From: Octopus bimaculoides
Taxonomy: Eukaryota
Length of the DNA stretch: 32,412 nt
NCBI RefSeq assembly: GCF_001194135.2
Contig: NC_068991.1
Coordinates: forward strand, 31,418,747 to 31,451,158
Reading direction: 5' to 3'
Shown here: piece by piece, positions 1 to 10,874 of the stretch
How the letters are laid out: each line of letters opens with the position of its first letter
Numbering within the stretch: the stretch's first letter is position 1
The notes under the pieces: model-generated
What the model saw: the letters and a program-made list of their open reading frames with translations, nothing else
The model's database searches: none
What the model was told of the DNA's origin: nothing
Position numbers and translations under genes: made by a program

Positions 1-118
1 TATATATATATATATATATATATATTCATACGCATACTCACGCACATATATATGTATGTATATATATACATACATATATATATATATGTATATATATATG
101 TATATATATATATGTATA

Positions 119-150
<32 letters not shown>

Positions 151-186
151 GATAGATGTGTGTGTGTGTGTGTGTGTGTATGTGAT

Positions 187-223
<37 letters not shown>

Positions 224-250
224 GTGTGTGTGTAGGTGTGTATGTATATA
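1..250. repeat. Compound microsatellite (TA)n/(TACA)n/(TG)n/(GA)n
   Basis: Direct reading of dinucleotide and tetranucleotide arrays. Confidence 0.95.
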
Positions 251-762
251 TGAGAATAAATAAGTTTTAGTATTGTATTATTTAACACACTGAAAAGATG
301 AAATAATGAAGAGGGAACATATTTACTATAAAATTAGAATATGAAGATTTTAAAACAATTATTGTTGGTCTCGGAACACATACATAGAAGGTGCGGCAAA
401 AGAAAACTCTCACTCTCACCGCTATTCATCATTCTTGATAAACGTTTCAGCAGTAAACGTACAGTGGGCACCAGAGATGTAGACAATGCTAACTAAAAAC
501 AACGTTAAAACTTCAACTAAATGAACACGTAATTAGCACATGCTTGACTTCAATAGCACCACACCAACTAACGTGTCATATATGGGAGGTTTTTACTATT
601 ATGGACGTAGTTAAGCTAATTTCTATACAGACGTGTATTAACACAGATTCACTCACGAATATATATATGAATATATATTCACGTTGTATGTAACGGAAAT
701 AGAAGCTAAAATACATTCCAGTGTCTAGTTGATTAAATAAAACTAAACTGTAACGGTATATA

Positions 763-813
763 AATAATAATAATAATAAAAATAATAATACAAATAATAA
801 CAACAACAACAGC

Positions 814-845
<32 letters not shown>

Positions 846-880
846 TAATAATAATAATAATAATAATAATGATGATAATA
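763..880. repeat. (AAT)n/(AAC)n microsatellite
   Basis: Direct reading. Confidence 0.95.
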
Positions 881-1086
881 AAGATTATTAAATTAGCGGG
901 TAGATTATATGCTTTTGCTTTAAACATTTAACCAGAATAAACTGCAAACTATAATCTTACAATTCTATCGTCGGATATAGAAACTTCAAAAAGTTTATAT
1001 CAAAAAATCCTTAGCTGTTAAAACTACTCCGTACACAATCACATCCTATCTAACATGAACGCCCTCGTACGCGTGCATACTTACAC

Positions 1087-1156
<70 letters not shown>

Positions 1157-1550
1157 NNNNNNNNNNNNNNNNNNNNNNNNNNNNNNNNNNNNNNNNNNNN
1201 NNNNNNNNNNNNNNNNNNNNNNNNNNNNNNNNNNNNNNNNNNNNNNNNNNNNNNNNNNNNNNNNNNNNNNNNNNNNNNNNNNNNNNNNNNNNNNNNNNNN
1301 NNNNNNNNNNNNNNNNNNNNNNNNNNNNNNNNNNNNNNNNNNNNNNNNNNNNNNNNNNNNNNNNNNNNNNNNNNNNNNNNNNNNNNNNNNNNNNNNNNNN
1401 NNNNNNNNNNNNNNNNNNNNNNNNNNNNNNNNNNNNNNNNNNNNNNNNNNNNNNNNNNNNNNNNNNNNNNNNNNNNNNNNNNNNNNNNNNNNNNNNNNNN
1501 NNNNNNNNNNNNNNNNNNNNNNNNNNNNNNNNNNNNNNNNNNNNNNNNNN

Positions 1551-1653
1551 GGTTCAGTCGCATTCACCTTGGGCGAGTGTCTTCTACTATAGCCTCGGGC
1601 CGACCAAAGCCTTGTGAGTGAATTTGGTAGACGGAAACTGAAGGAATCCCGTC

Positions 1654-1733
<80 letters not shown>

Positions 1734-1916
1734 GCGCGCGTGTGGTTGTCCACCACCATCTCTTGACAACTGATGCTGGTGTGTTTACGTCCTCGTAACT
1801 TAGCGTTTCGGCAAAAGTGACGAGACTTACAAAGAATAAGTCCTGTTCGACTAAAGGCGGTGCTCCACCGTGACTGCAGTTAACATGATTGAAACAAGTA
1901 AAAGAATAAAAGAATA
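1551..1916 (+). mobile_element. tRNA-derived CORE-type SINE, family A, with 5' end lost in the gap and internal (TG)n(TCTG)n
   Basis: CORE-like CCTTGGGCGAGT, GGCCGACCAAAGCCTTGTGAGTG, internal microsatellite and 3' domain ending GAAACAAGTAAAAGAATA; homologous to copies at 26785 and 31357. Confidence 0.9.
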
Positions 1917-2499
1917 TATATATATTTATATTTTATATATATATATTTATATATATATACTATTATGAATTTGAGTGATGTTTCTCTGTCGGTTACGTTT
2001 TTATCTTTGTTAACTCCTCCTAGACCATTGGTGCAAGGACAACAAAACTCAAACCAGTAACTCTCCTAATCCTAGGGAATGTCCTAAGGTGGTCTATTTT
2101 TTTTAAGGGCCGCCTAAGTGGAGCCCTATTGAGTTCCCGTCCTACTATTTTTACTGTATTTTAAACTCAATACATGGCACTGACGACCAAATCGGAGCAA
2201 TGACAATGAATTTCATACCGTGAACTCTCGGGGAGTATCGTAAGAATGTTCAATTTCTGAAGAACCGCTTAAATGGGGCCCCACTGATGCCCACTATTTT
2301 TACTGCATTTACCTCGCTCCTACGCTTATTGATTAAACTATGAACAGCATCAGTGTTTAGCACATTTGCAGAAATAAGTTTGGTAACTCTAAATACTTCC
2401 ACGTACATTCAAATTGTGATAAATAATTATAACAGATAGTTTTCAAGTGTGGCAGTGTGGATATTTATATTTTGTAGTTTATGAAATTTGTATCTAGTA

Positions 2500-2553
<54 letters not shown>

Positions 2554-3069
2554 NNNNNNNNNNNNNNNNNNNNNNNNNNNNNNNNNNNNNNNNNNNNNNN
2601 NNNNNNNNNNNNNNNNNNNNNNNNNNNNNNNNNNNNNNNNNNNNNNNNNNNNNNNNNNNNNNNNNNNNNNNNNNNNNNNNNNNNNNNNNNNNNNNNNNNN
2701 NNNNNNNNNNNNNNNNNNNNNNNNNNNNNNNNNNNNNNNNNNNNNNNNNNNNNNNNNNNNNNNNNNNNNNNNNNNNNNNNNNNNNNNNNNNNNNNNNNNN
2801 NNNNNNNNNNNNNNNNNNNNNNNNNNNNNNNNNNNNNNNNNNNNNNNNNNNNNNNNNNNNNNNNNNNNNNNNNNNNNNNNNNNNNNNNNNNNNNNNNNNN
2901 NNNNNNNNNNNNNNNNNNNNNNNNNNNNNNNNNNNNNNNNNNNNNNNNNNNNNNNNNNNNNNNNNNNNNNNNNNNNNNNNNNNNNNNNNNNNNNNNNNNN
3001 NNNNNNNNNNNNNNNNNNNNNNNNNNNNNNNNNNNNNNNNNNNNNNNNNNNNNNNNNNNNNNNNNNNNN

Positions 3070-3124
<55 letters not shown>

Positions 3125-3957
3125 TCACATATATCAACATGTATATATATATATAGACATATATACAGACACACATACATATGCAAACACGTACATATTT
3201 CATATAATCTAGGTAAAAATGTTGTGTGCGTGTGCGTGTACATATACACATTAATGTATATATGTACGTATGTATAATACACACAAGCATGTAAATATAT
3301 ATACACATATTAAAATACATATGTATGTATGTGTACACACACATACACACACACACACACACCCTCGTATATATTTTACTACACATAAATATACGTTTGC
3401 ATACACGCGCGCGCACACAAATGTACGCAAAAATACAATGTATACAATATATACTAACACCAATATATCACTTAAATGTCTTACACAAAATAAATTGACA
3501 ATATTTTTACGTATAAATGTTTAACATTGGATCGGATGTAAAAAAAACATTTTCTGAGAGTTTATAGTTCTCTCTCCACACACTTTATTATAAATATATG
3601 ATTACACGACTTATACAGGCCTTGTGTATTCATTATCGTATGAACTAAATATAGTTGAATGGAAATAAATTTGTATTTGTGTCTGTCTGTATGCATACAT
3701 ACATATATAAATACATAGATGTGTGCCTGTGAGTGTATATATGTGTGTGTGAATATGTGTGTCTGTGTATACGTGTTTGTGTGTGCGCGCGCGCGTGTGA
3801 GTGTGTGTGTATGTGCATGTGTGTGTGGTGCAATAAATGAAATTTTTCTATAAGCTTTTCCGATTCAAAATTTCGTATAGAATCCATAACAGTTAAAAAG
3901 GAAACTAACAAAAAATTTATACAATGACACAAATATATATGTATAAATATGTACATA

Positions 3958-4002
<45 letters not shown>

Positions 4003-4394
4003 NNNNNNNNNNNNNNNNNNNNNNNNNNNNNNNNNNNNNNNNNNNNNNNNNNNNNNNNNNNNNNNNNNNNNNNNNNNNNNNNNNNNNNNNNNNNNNNNNN
4101 NNNNNNNNNNNNNNNNNNNNNNNNNNNNNNNNNNNNNNNNNNNNNNNNNNNNNNNNNNNNNNNNNNNNNNNNNNNNNNNNNNNNNNNNNNNNNNNNNNNN
4201 NNNNNNNNNNNNNNNNNNNNNNNNNNNNNNNNNNNNNNNNNNNNNNNNNNNNNNNNNNNNNNNNNNNNNNNNNNNNNNNNNNNNNNNNNNNNNNNNNNNN
4301 NNNNNNNNNNNNNNNNNNNNNNNNNNNNNNNNNNNNNNNNNNNNNNAATATACACCCACACACATATAGCTAGCTAGCTACCAAAATAGATAGT

Positions 4395-4457
<63 letters not shown>

Positions 4458-4629
4458 AATTTATTATGGGGTTTCTGAATTTATTCATATATGTATATAT
4501 GTATGCATGTATATATGTGCATATGTCTGTGAGCGTATATATTAATGAATCCCGCGTTCGATCTATGTTATATACTTCTATTTAAGTCGTCTTTCCTTTA
4601 GTACATTTAATGACAATGGGTTGTGTACG

Positions 4630-4748
4630 TAGAAGCGATGGAACATCACATTAACGTACCTTGTACCATTACGCTTACTTCAGCTTATGTTATAAGGTCA
4701 AATCCCGGTGGAATGATCATTGTTTTTCATACCCAGCGGACGATAAAG
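4630..4748 (+). mobile_element. Highly decayed SINE family B
   Basis: GGTCAAATCCCGG...TTTTTCATACC...CGATAAAGTA aligns loosely to the copies at 7273 and 10658. Confidence 0.45.
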
Positions 4749-4974
4749 TAGCCTCTGACGAAAATAAACTGGCATCTATTGAATGAACAGTTTCCGTTCC
4801 TCCTCTCAATTCTATTTGATTGTTGTTATTATTAAAAATTGAATTTTTTTTTTGACAAATACATTCTTTTTTTAAATTAAAAGAAATCATCACTATCATC
4901 ATTATCATATCATCATCATCATCATCATCATCTTTATTATCATCACCATCATTATTTTTCTTCTTATTATTATT

Positions 4975-5324
4975 GAGTGAGAGAGCAGTGCATGCCATCA
5001 AAGTGACCCTGGGGTAAAATATACGAAACCCAGTATATCCATCATGACTACCCATTTGATAAGGGTACACTAGGCACGTGCATCACAGCCATATATGCGC
5101 GACATATCGTCTGCCACTAAGGGACATGCTCAACTATTTAAAATAAAAAAAACTGACAAGGAAATCTGGAGTATTGAGCAGAATATTTGCTGTAGCCCAT
5201 CTTTTAAACCAAGACAAAACAATATACATGATAACACTTCCAATCAATTAAGATCAGAAGCCATGAAAGCCACTGCCTGGTGCTGTATCAGGGCATTGAA
5301 AGCCACTGCCTGGTACTGCATTAC
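4975..5324. mobile_element. Repeat element embedded in (ATT)n at both ends, with a ~33-bp tandem duplication at its right end
   Basis: 4975-5035 is the reverse complement of 24101-24159; both ends abut (TAT)n; AAAGCCACTGCCTGGT occurs twice in tandem at 5266-5315. Confidence 0.7.
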
Positions 5325-5370
<46 letters not shown>

Positions 5371-5474
5371 GTAATGCAGTACCAGGCAGTGGCTTTCAAT
5401 GCCCTGCACAGCACCAGACAGTGACTTTCATGTCTTCTCATCTTAACTGATTGGAAGTGTTATCATGTATATTT
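5221..5474. repeat. Long inverted repeat with ~107-bp arms and a (TAT)n loop
   Basis: 5221-5327 vs reverse complement of 5368-5474: 6 substitutions plus 1 indel, inner 39 bp perfect. Confidence 0.95.
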
Positions 5475-5479
5475 GTCAC

Positions 5480-5975
5480 AAACTGTCGAAGAACACTAGA
5501 ACTAGCTGAAAATTCTCATCATCGCCACCTGCAAAGAAATGCTTGGTTTCATGACCAGGAAGCATCAAGATTGGTATGACCAAAATTATGAACAATTTCA
5601 CCAACTCAACGACAGCAAAAGAAATGCCTTCATTGCTCTAAAAATGATCGGCAGTCTGTCAACAAGAAGAAAAAGTACCAAGAATGCAAAGCCGCCGTTC
5701 AAAGGGTCACACAGTACCTAAAACGACGATGGTAGAGGGAAAGACCCATGAAATTCAACATTTAGTTGATGCCTTAGTTACCCGGGGCTTATTCAACGCA
5801 ACTAAAGCTATCCTTCGATGCGTGATCAAACCCTTCTCAAAAGCAAAGATGGTAACACCATCTTGAAATCCGATGTTGCTATCAACGCCATTTGGAAGAA
5901 GCGTGCTTACGAGGGTCCTAGTCAACAACAGTGACACTGAATCAGCTCAAGTAAAATCAGAAGTGATACAAGACT
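5480..5975 (+). mobile_element. RTE-clade LINE ORF2 fragment (EN-RT linker), pseudogenised
   Basis: Frameshifted translation TCKEMLGFMTRKHQDWYDQN...KYQECKAAVQR...GLFNATKAI...PLLKSKDGNTILK resembles the RTE linker RKHQDWFDEN...PLLSxDG. Confidence 0.85.
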
Positions 5976-5976
5976 G

Positions 5977-6020
5977 TATGTATGTATGTATGTATGTATG
6001 TATGTATGTATGTATGTATG
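5977..6020. repeat. (TATG)n microsatellite
   Basis: Direct reading. Confidence 0.95.
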
Positions 6021-6024
6021 CATG

Positions 6025-6143
6025 TATTACGATTCTCCATCCGTTCAGACAATAAAGATTCGATGAACCGAATGACCTGCTCATTGAATTAGTGTGTAAC
6101 TGGCCAAGTGTTCCACACATGTACGTGCTCTTAATGTAATTAT
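6025..6143 (-). mobile_element. Decayed retroposon 3' fragment, probably related to 16670-16775
   Basis: Reverse complement AATTACATTAAGAGCACGTACATGT aligns loosely with GAGAATTACTTTAAGGGGGGTTTACATGT. Confidence 0.4.
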
Positions 6144-6486
6144 TTTGAAGCTGAAACACCGTGATACAGTATGTGGAAAGGCTGTAGCGTTTGTATTAGA
6201 AGTACAATCTATTTACTAGGCTTCTATACAGTTTCCCTCTTCTGTCGATCCGAAGCAACAGAATACGACATTTTTCCCAAAATGATACATAGTGGGCTTG
6301 AACCAAGGAACTCGTAGTCGCAAAGTAAACTCAGTTCGGTGATAACACAGTCGTCACTCAAGTATGGCGTGCTAACATGTACGATGCTTTCATTGACTGT
6401 TTTAGATGCCTATATAATTGCGAACAGACAAATATATCATTTTAGTCGTATATGATGTTATTTATGTTATATTGTATTATGTGAAA

Positions 6487-6710
6487 GCGCGCGGTTTACT
6501 GGTTAGAGTGTTGCACTCATGATCGTAAGATTGTGGCTTCAATTCCTGGATCAGACGATCCAGTTGGCTCACCTGGAAAAAGTGAGTAATCCTGCGACAG
6601 ACCGGCGTCCCATCGAGGGCAGGAGTGGAACGTGTACGCCAAAGAACCCGGGAAACTGGTATTATTATCCTCGGGCTCAGGAAAGACCTTTGATCTTTGA
6701 TATTGTAATT
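6487..6710 (+). mobile_element. tRNA-derived SINE family C with the CORE segment deleted
   Basis: Head GGTTTACTGGTTAGAGTGTTGCACTCATGATCG, B-box-like CTTCAATTCC; homologous head at 16258. Confidence 0.75.
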
Positions 6711-6716
6711 TATTAA

Positions 6717-6751
<35 letters not shown>

Positions 6752-7272
6752 NNNNNNNNNNATATATATATATATAGTCGAATGATCCCCGTCATATGAC
6801 TGGTAACTCTGGAAGTATATTTTGTTTTTTTCCTTGTTTCTTCCCAAGACACAAGATCTGCAAGTATACTATTGCCTCCATGGGCGTTATCAGGAAATGT
6901 AGCATACATACAATTATTTTAACTTTTATCAAATTCCTCAGTGCTTATACAATATAATGAAATGAATACTAATTTTCAAAAGAAAAAGATTTAGCTTAAA
7001 ATAAATTTGAATAAAACGAACGTATGACTCCTCCCATTACTACTCTATCATCTACGTGCGCTTCTCTTCTTCCTCACACCAAGCATCTCTTATGTTAATT
7101 CTCATCCTGCATCTCCTATGCTAATTCTCTAAGTATCTCTCTTTTTCTCCCTCATTAACTCTCTCGCTCTCTTTCTCTCTTAACTACTCTCTCTATATGG
7201 TATAAAATGGGACAAGAGTAATCAACGAAGACACCGACCAATATTCATATTCGCTATCATTAAGAGATTACA

Positions 7273-7490
7273 GGTGGCGAGCTGGCAGAATCGTTAGCAT
7301 ACCGGGCAAAATGTTTCGCGGCATGTCATCCGTCTTCCCGTTCTGAGTTTAAATTTTGCCGAGGGTGACTTTGACTTTCATCCTTTCGCGGTGGATAAAA
7401 AAGTACCAGTCAATCACTGGAGTCGATGTAAACGACTTTTCCCTGACCCTGAAATTGCTGGCCTTGTGCCAAAATTTGAAGCCATTCTTA
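7273..7490 (+). mobile_element. tRNA-derived SINE family B (central domain resembles Nin/Deu type)
   Basis: GGCGAGCTGGCAGAATCGTTAGCA...GTTCTGAGTTTAAAT...GACTTTCATCCTTTCG..GATAAAAAAGTACCAG; full-length homology to 10658-10874. Confidence 0.85.
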
Positions 7491-8098
7491 TTAAGAATGG
7501 ATCATATGGAGATGATCTCTTTTATTGAGATATGGTGTTTTTGTGTTCTGTCCTTGCTCCCATAAAATGACAAAATTTGGGGTCAGTGAAGGAAATGTGT
7601 AACGGTGTTATCTTATTCTTATGGCAAGAATGCATTTTTAAAGTGTTTATCACACTACGGGTAAAACTTTATAAAAAGAAAAGAAAAGAAAAGTATTTTG
7701 CTGGGATAATTTGATATATAAAGTCACTGACACAATTACAAAATATGAAAATTATAATTATTGATCAAGAATTATATTTTGAAATCAACTTAATTAGCAA
7801 ACTTCACTAATCAAATCTTCGATTTCGGGAGCATTCCTTGAAAGAAATCACGGTCCCCTCTAAGAAATATACTACTTTCTAAAACTGCCACATTTTGCTG
7901 AATATCAGGGACGCGGGCTCACTGTCGAATTTATCTCGTGGTCTACTGTACATCAGGTGATCCACTCGGAAGGTCTCTTTCCATCAATATATCAACTCTT
8001 GTCTCCCTCATCCCAGATGACAGTACATTGTTCATTGGTTGGTTAAGCCAGAACACAAATTAGTTGCCTGGATTGTTTGTTTGTTTGTTTGTTGGTTT

Positions 8099-8437
8099 GT
8101 TTGGCCTCTTAATTCCCCATATTTCAATCCATTGGATTATTACATGTGGAGCGTTGTTAAGAGAGAAGTCAATGAACTCGCCCATAACACCAAGGATTCT
8201 TTGAAAGCTGCCATAGTCAGAGTAATGTCCAAAATGAACCAGGACTTCTTGATTCGAGCATGAAGATGATTTAGATCTCATATTGAAGCAGTTATTGAGG
8301 CTGAAGGTGGCTTTATTGAATAACATTATAGAAAATAAGGTTTATTTTCATCCTCATTGCATTTTTTATTTTTTGATAAATAAAGTTATGTTATTTATAA
8401 ACATAAATCTGTCCTCAAATATCTTACGCACCCTATA
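8099..8437 (+). mobile_element. Tc1/mariner (maT/DD37D-like) transposase C-terminus and right end
   Basis: WPLNSPYFNPLDYYMWSVVKREVN...EAVIEAEGGFIE* (SPDLNPLD-type motif); ends CACCCTATA, similar to the CACCCTGTA terminus. Confidence 0.85.
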
Positions 8438-8445
8438 TGTATATG

Positions 8446-8446
8446 C

Positions 8447-8505
<59 letters not shown>
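8446..8505. repeat. (GATA)n microsatellite, the internal repeat of the adjacent SINE A copy
   Basis: Direct reading; abuts the GACGGG junction where family A carries its microsatellite. Confidence 0.9.
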
Positions 8506-8506
<1 letters not shown>

Positions 8507-8622
8507 GACGGGTTTCAGTTTCCTTCTACCAAATCCACTCACAAGGCTTTGGTCGGCCGGAGCTAACCCGGAACCATGTGGTTGTGAAGCAAGCTTCTTA
8601 CCATACAACCACGCCTTCGCCT
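8507..8622 (-). mobile_element. SINE family A 5' half with the CORE segment deleted
   Basis: AAATCCACTCACAAGGCTTTGGTCGGCC joined directly to AACCCGGAACCATGTGGTTG; compare 27000-27138. Confidence 0.85.
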
Positions 8623-9074
8623 TACGTTTCCTTACATTTCACAAGAAGTTGCTCTGCAAAATTACAGTTCTCTCTCAAATATTGCTCCTTCTATTCTTGT
8701 TCACTGTCACTCCATAACATCCAGGTGTGTGCGTGTGTTTGCTTGTTTGTGTATTTTCCTGTGCGTGTGTCTGTGTGTGTCTATATTTGTACCTATTCCA
8801 ACTAAAATAATTAAATATAGAATCTTCTATTAATGAAAGGTATTTTGAAATGTTTTCTGTTTAGCTAGACGGAAATCTTTCGAATTTTACAGGAACAAGA
8901 GAAACAGGTTTTATGATGTTCTTGACTCCCCACATTCTACATTATCAATGTTTAATGAATTTATTTTGCTTTAATTGTTAACCAAATAGTAATCGATGTC
9001 CTCAATTTGATCAATTTAATTTCTGAGGCACAAAACAAAAAATTTATAATAAGGAAGCATCAGTCTGTATGGGT

Positions 9075-9225
9075 GCTCATGAGTTGTTCTTGTTGTTGCT
9101 GTTGTCCTTGCTATTGTTGTTGTTGTTGTTGTAGTTGTTGTTCCTGTTATTATTGTTGTTATTGTTACTGTTGTTGTTGCTGCTGTTGTTGTACTTATTC
9201 ATACTGTCGTTGTTGCTGTTGGTGT
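9075..9225. repeat. Imperfect (TGT/TGC)n microsatellite
   Basis: Direct reading; explains the Cys-rich and Leu-rich pseudo-ORFs. Confidence 0.9.
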
Positions 9226-9629
9226 GTAGCCCAAAGTTATGTCTGTTCAGGCTTATCTATGGTAAAAGATTTTCCTATTGCAGCCATTCCGTCTTTTCGT
9301 ATATCTTTGGCTATATTTCTGTGCTATTTCTTTATTTATGATCGTATGGTGTGATTTAACGGAAGTTTAGCTGTTATTTTAAGCAATTCGTGCGACCAAG
9401 GAGAGGCCAGTGTTTGAGTTAACAACGTATATAAAAAGTAAAAGTTTTTCGAAATGTAATCAAACCAGGACAATTATTTCCGTTTACGGACAATTTACTT
9501 CTGCCAGGGAATTCCTACATAACACCACATTGAAAATATTAAGACAGTGATGTGCTTTTTTATATTTAATTTTAAATCTACGTTTTTTATTGTTTTTATT
9601 TTTGCGATGACACTTTATTAATCTTTCAG

Positions 9630-9709
9630 ATGAAAGAATTAATATCCGGTAAACGCCTCCGAAAGGCCAGTAACAAAACAGTGGACATTTTCTTATTAGG
9701 AAGTCAAAT
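9630..9709 (+). other. Candidate 80-nt internal exon (unverified)
   Basis: TTATTAATCTTTCAG acceptor, AAT|GTATGT donor, one open frame MKELISGKRLRKASNKTVDIFLLGSQ; no homology recognised. Confidence 0.25.
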
Positions 9710-9717
9710 GTATGTGT

Positions 9718-9842
9718 CTCATTTATTTGTTGTTGCTTTTGTTGTTGTTGTTGTTCTTGTTCTTGTTCTTGTTCTTGTTGTTGTTGTTGTTGTTCTTCTT
9801 CTTCTTCTTCTTCTTCTTCTTCTTCTTCTTCTTCTTCTTCTT
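9718..9842. repeat. (GTT)n-(CTTGTT)n-(CTT)n compound microsatellite
   Basis: Direct reading. Confidence 0.95.
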
Positions 9843-10172
9843 CTCGCTTGCATTCTACGATTGTTTACTAGTATTTTGTGTATTCAAAAAATAAACCTGC
9901 TACTACTATTACTGCTACTACAACTACAACTATAACCACCACGACTACCACTATTATTTACTGATGTCTTTATTTGTAAAGGAATCATCATCTAATTATT
10001 ATTATTATTGTTGTTGTTGTTGTTGTTATCATAACCCCTAGGTGACTGCTCTGCAACCAACGTATTTATCCATTTCGCTATGCCTGAAGGCAGGACTGAG
10101 TGAATCTTTAAGGCTTATAAACCTAGAGGTTGAGAGTTCAATTCCAGACAAGGCTCTAATCTGTATCAGAAG

Positions 10173-10270
10173 ATGCCTGAAGAAAACTGGAGCGTACAGC
10201 AATCGAAATGTAGCGAAAGTAACAATCAAGATGAGGACACCAGTCCGACTAATGTAAACAATGTACATAA
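10173..10270 (+). mobile_element. PLE-type terminal fragment with a decayed minimal hammerhead
   Basis: TGC-CTGAAGA-(ACTG..CAG)-GAAATGTA-GC, i.e. CUGANGA...GAAAC-GUH layout with a C>T change. Confidence 0.55.
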
Positions 10271-10298
10271 TGAAAGGATTATTTTTGTTGTTGTTGTC

Positions 10299-10356
10299 GG
10301 TGGTGGTGGTGGTGGTGGCGGCGGCGGCGACGGCGGAGGCGGTGGTGGTGATGGTG
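10299..10356. repeat. (GGT)n(GGC)n microsatellite
   Basis: Direct reading; explains the poly-Gly and poly-Pro pseudo-ORFs. Confidence 0.95.
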
Positions 10357-10657
10357 ATGCTGTTGTTATCGTTGTAATTGTCATTAAAGTTTCTCTTATT
10401 GTAAACTGTTTTGCTAAAAAATGATATTGATGAAATAAGAAAACATGAATAAATAAGAAAACAATGAAATAAGAAAACAAGCAAGTGGAGCGCCGAGTAA
10501 TAACTTGGCGTGGTTGAGTTCGATTTATTTAAAGCTGAAGTTCATAAACTTTGCTTTTGCTTTTTCCGGTGTCGATAAAACTATTCACCTAACTTTTACA
10601 TTTATTGGCGAGCATTGCCATTGGTAAAGAAGAATTTCGAATATACAAGCAAATGAA

Positions 10658-10874
10658 GGCGTCGAGCTGTCAGAATCGTTAGCACGCCGTTTAAAACAAT
10701 TAGCGGCATTTCGTCATTCTTTATGTTCTGAGTTCAAATACCGCCAAGGTCGATTTTGCCTTTCATCCTTTCTGGGTTGATGATATAAGTATCAGTTGAG
10801 CACTGGAGTCGATGTAACCGACTTATCCCCTCCCCGCAAATTTGCTGGTCTTGTGAAAGAATTTGAAACCAATA
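10658..10874 (+). mobile_element. SINE family B
   Basis: GAGCTGTCAGAATCGTTAGCACG...GTTCTGAGTTCAAAT...GCCTTTCATCCTTTC; homologous to 7273-7490. Confidence 0.85.

Noticed and set aside
1046-4377. Long ORFs of 130-330 aa here and at 13082-13889, 23105-24165 and 27323-28089
   Set aside because: They consist of N-gap codons plus microsatellite translations ([12 protein letters not shown]); not genes.
4755-4800. CTGACGA followed by an AAACTG/CAGTTT stem
   Set aside because: No downstream GAAA, stem III or cleavage triplet, so not a hammerhead.
9007-9354. Cys-rich ORF resembling a metallothionein or keratin-associated protein
   Set aside because: It is the translation of an imperfect (TGT/TGC)n microsatellite.
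10173-10484. Poly-Gly, poly-Pro and poly-Thr ORFs; possible G-quadruplex
   Set aside because: Explained by the (GGT)n(GGC)n repeat; only two-G runs, with no evidence of function.
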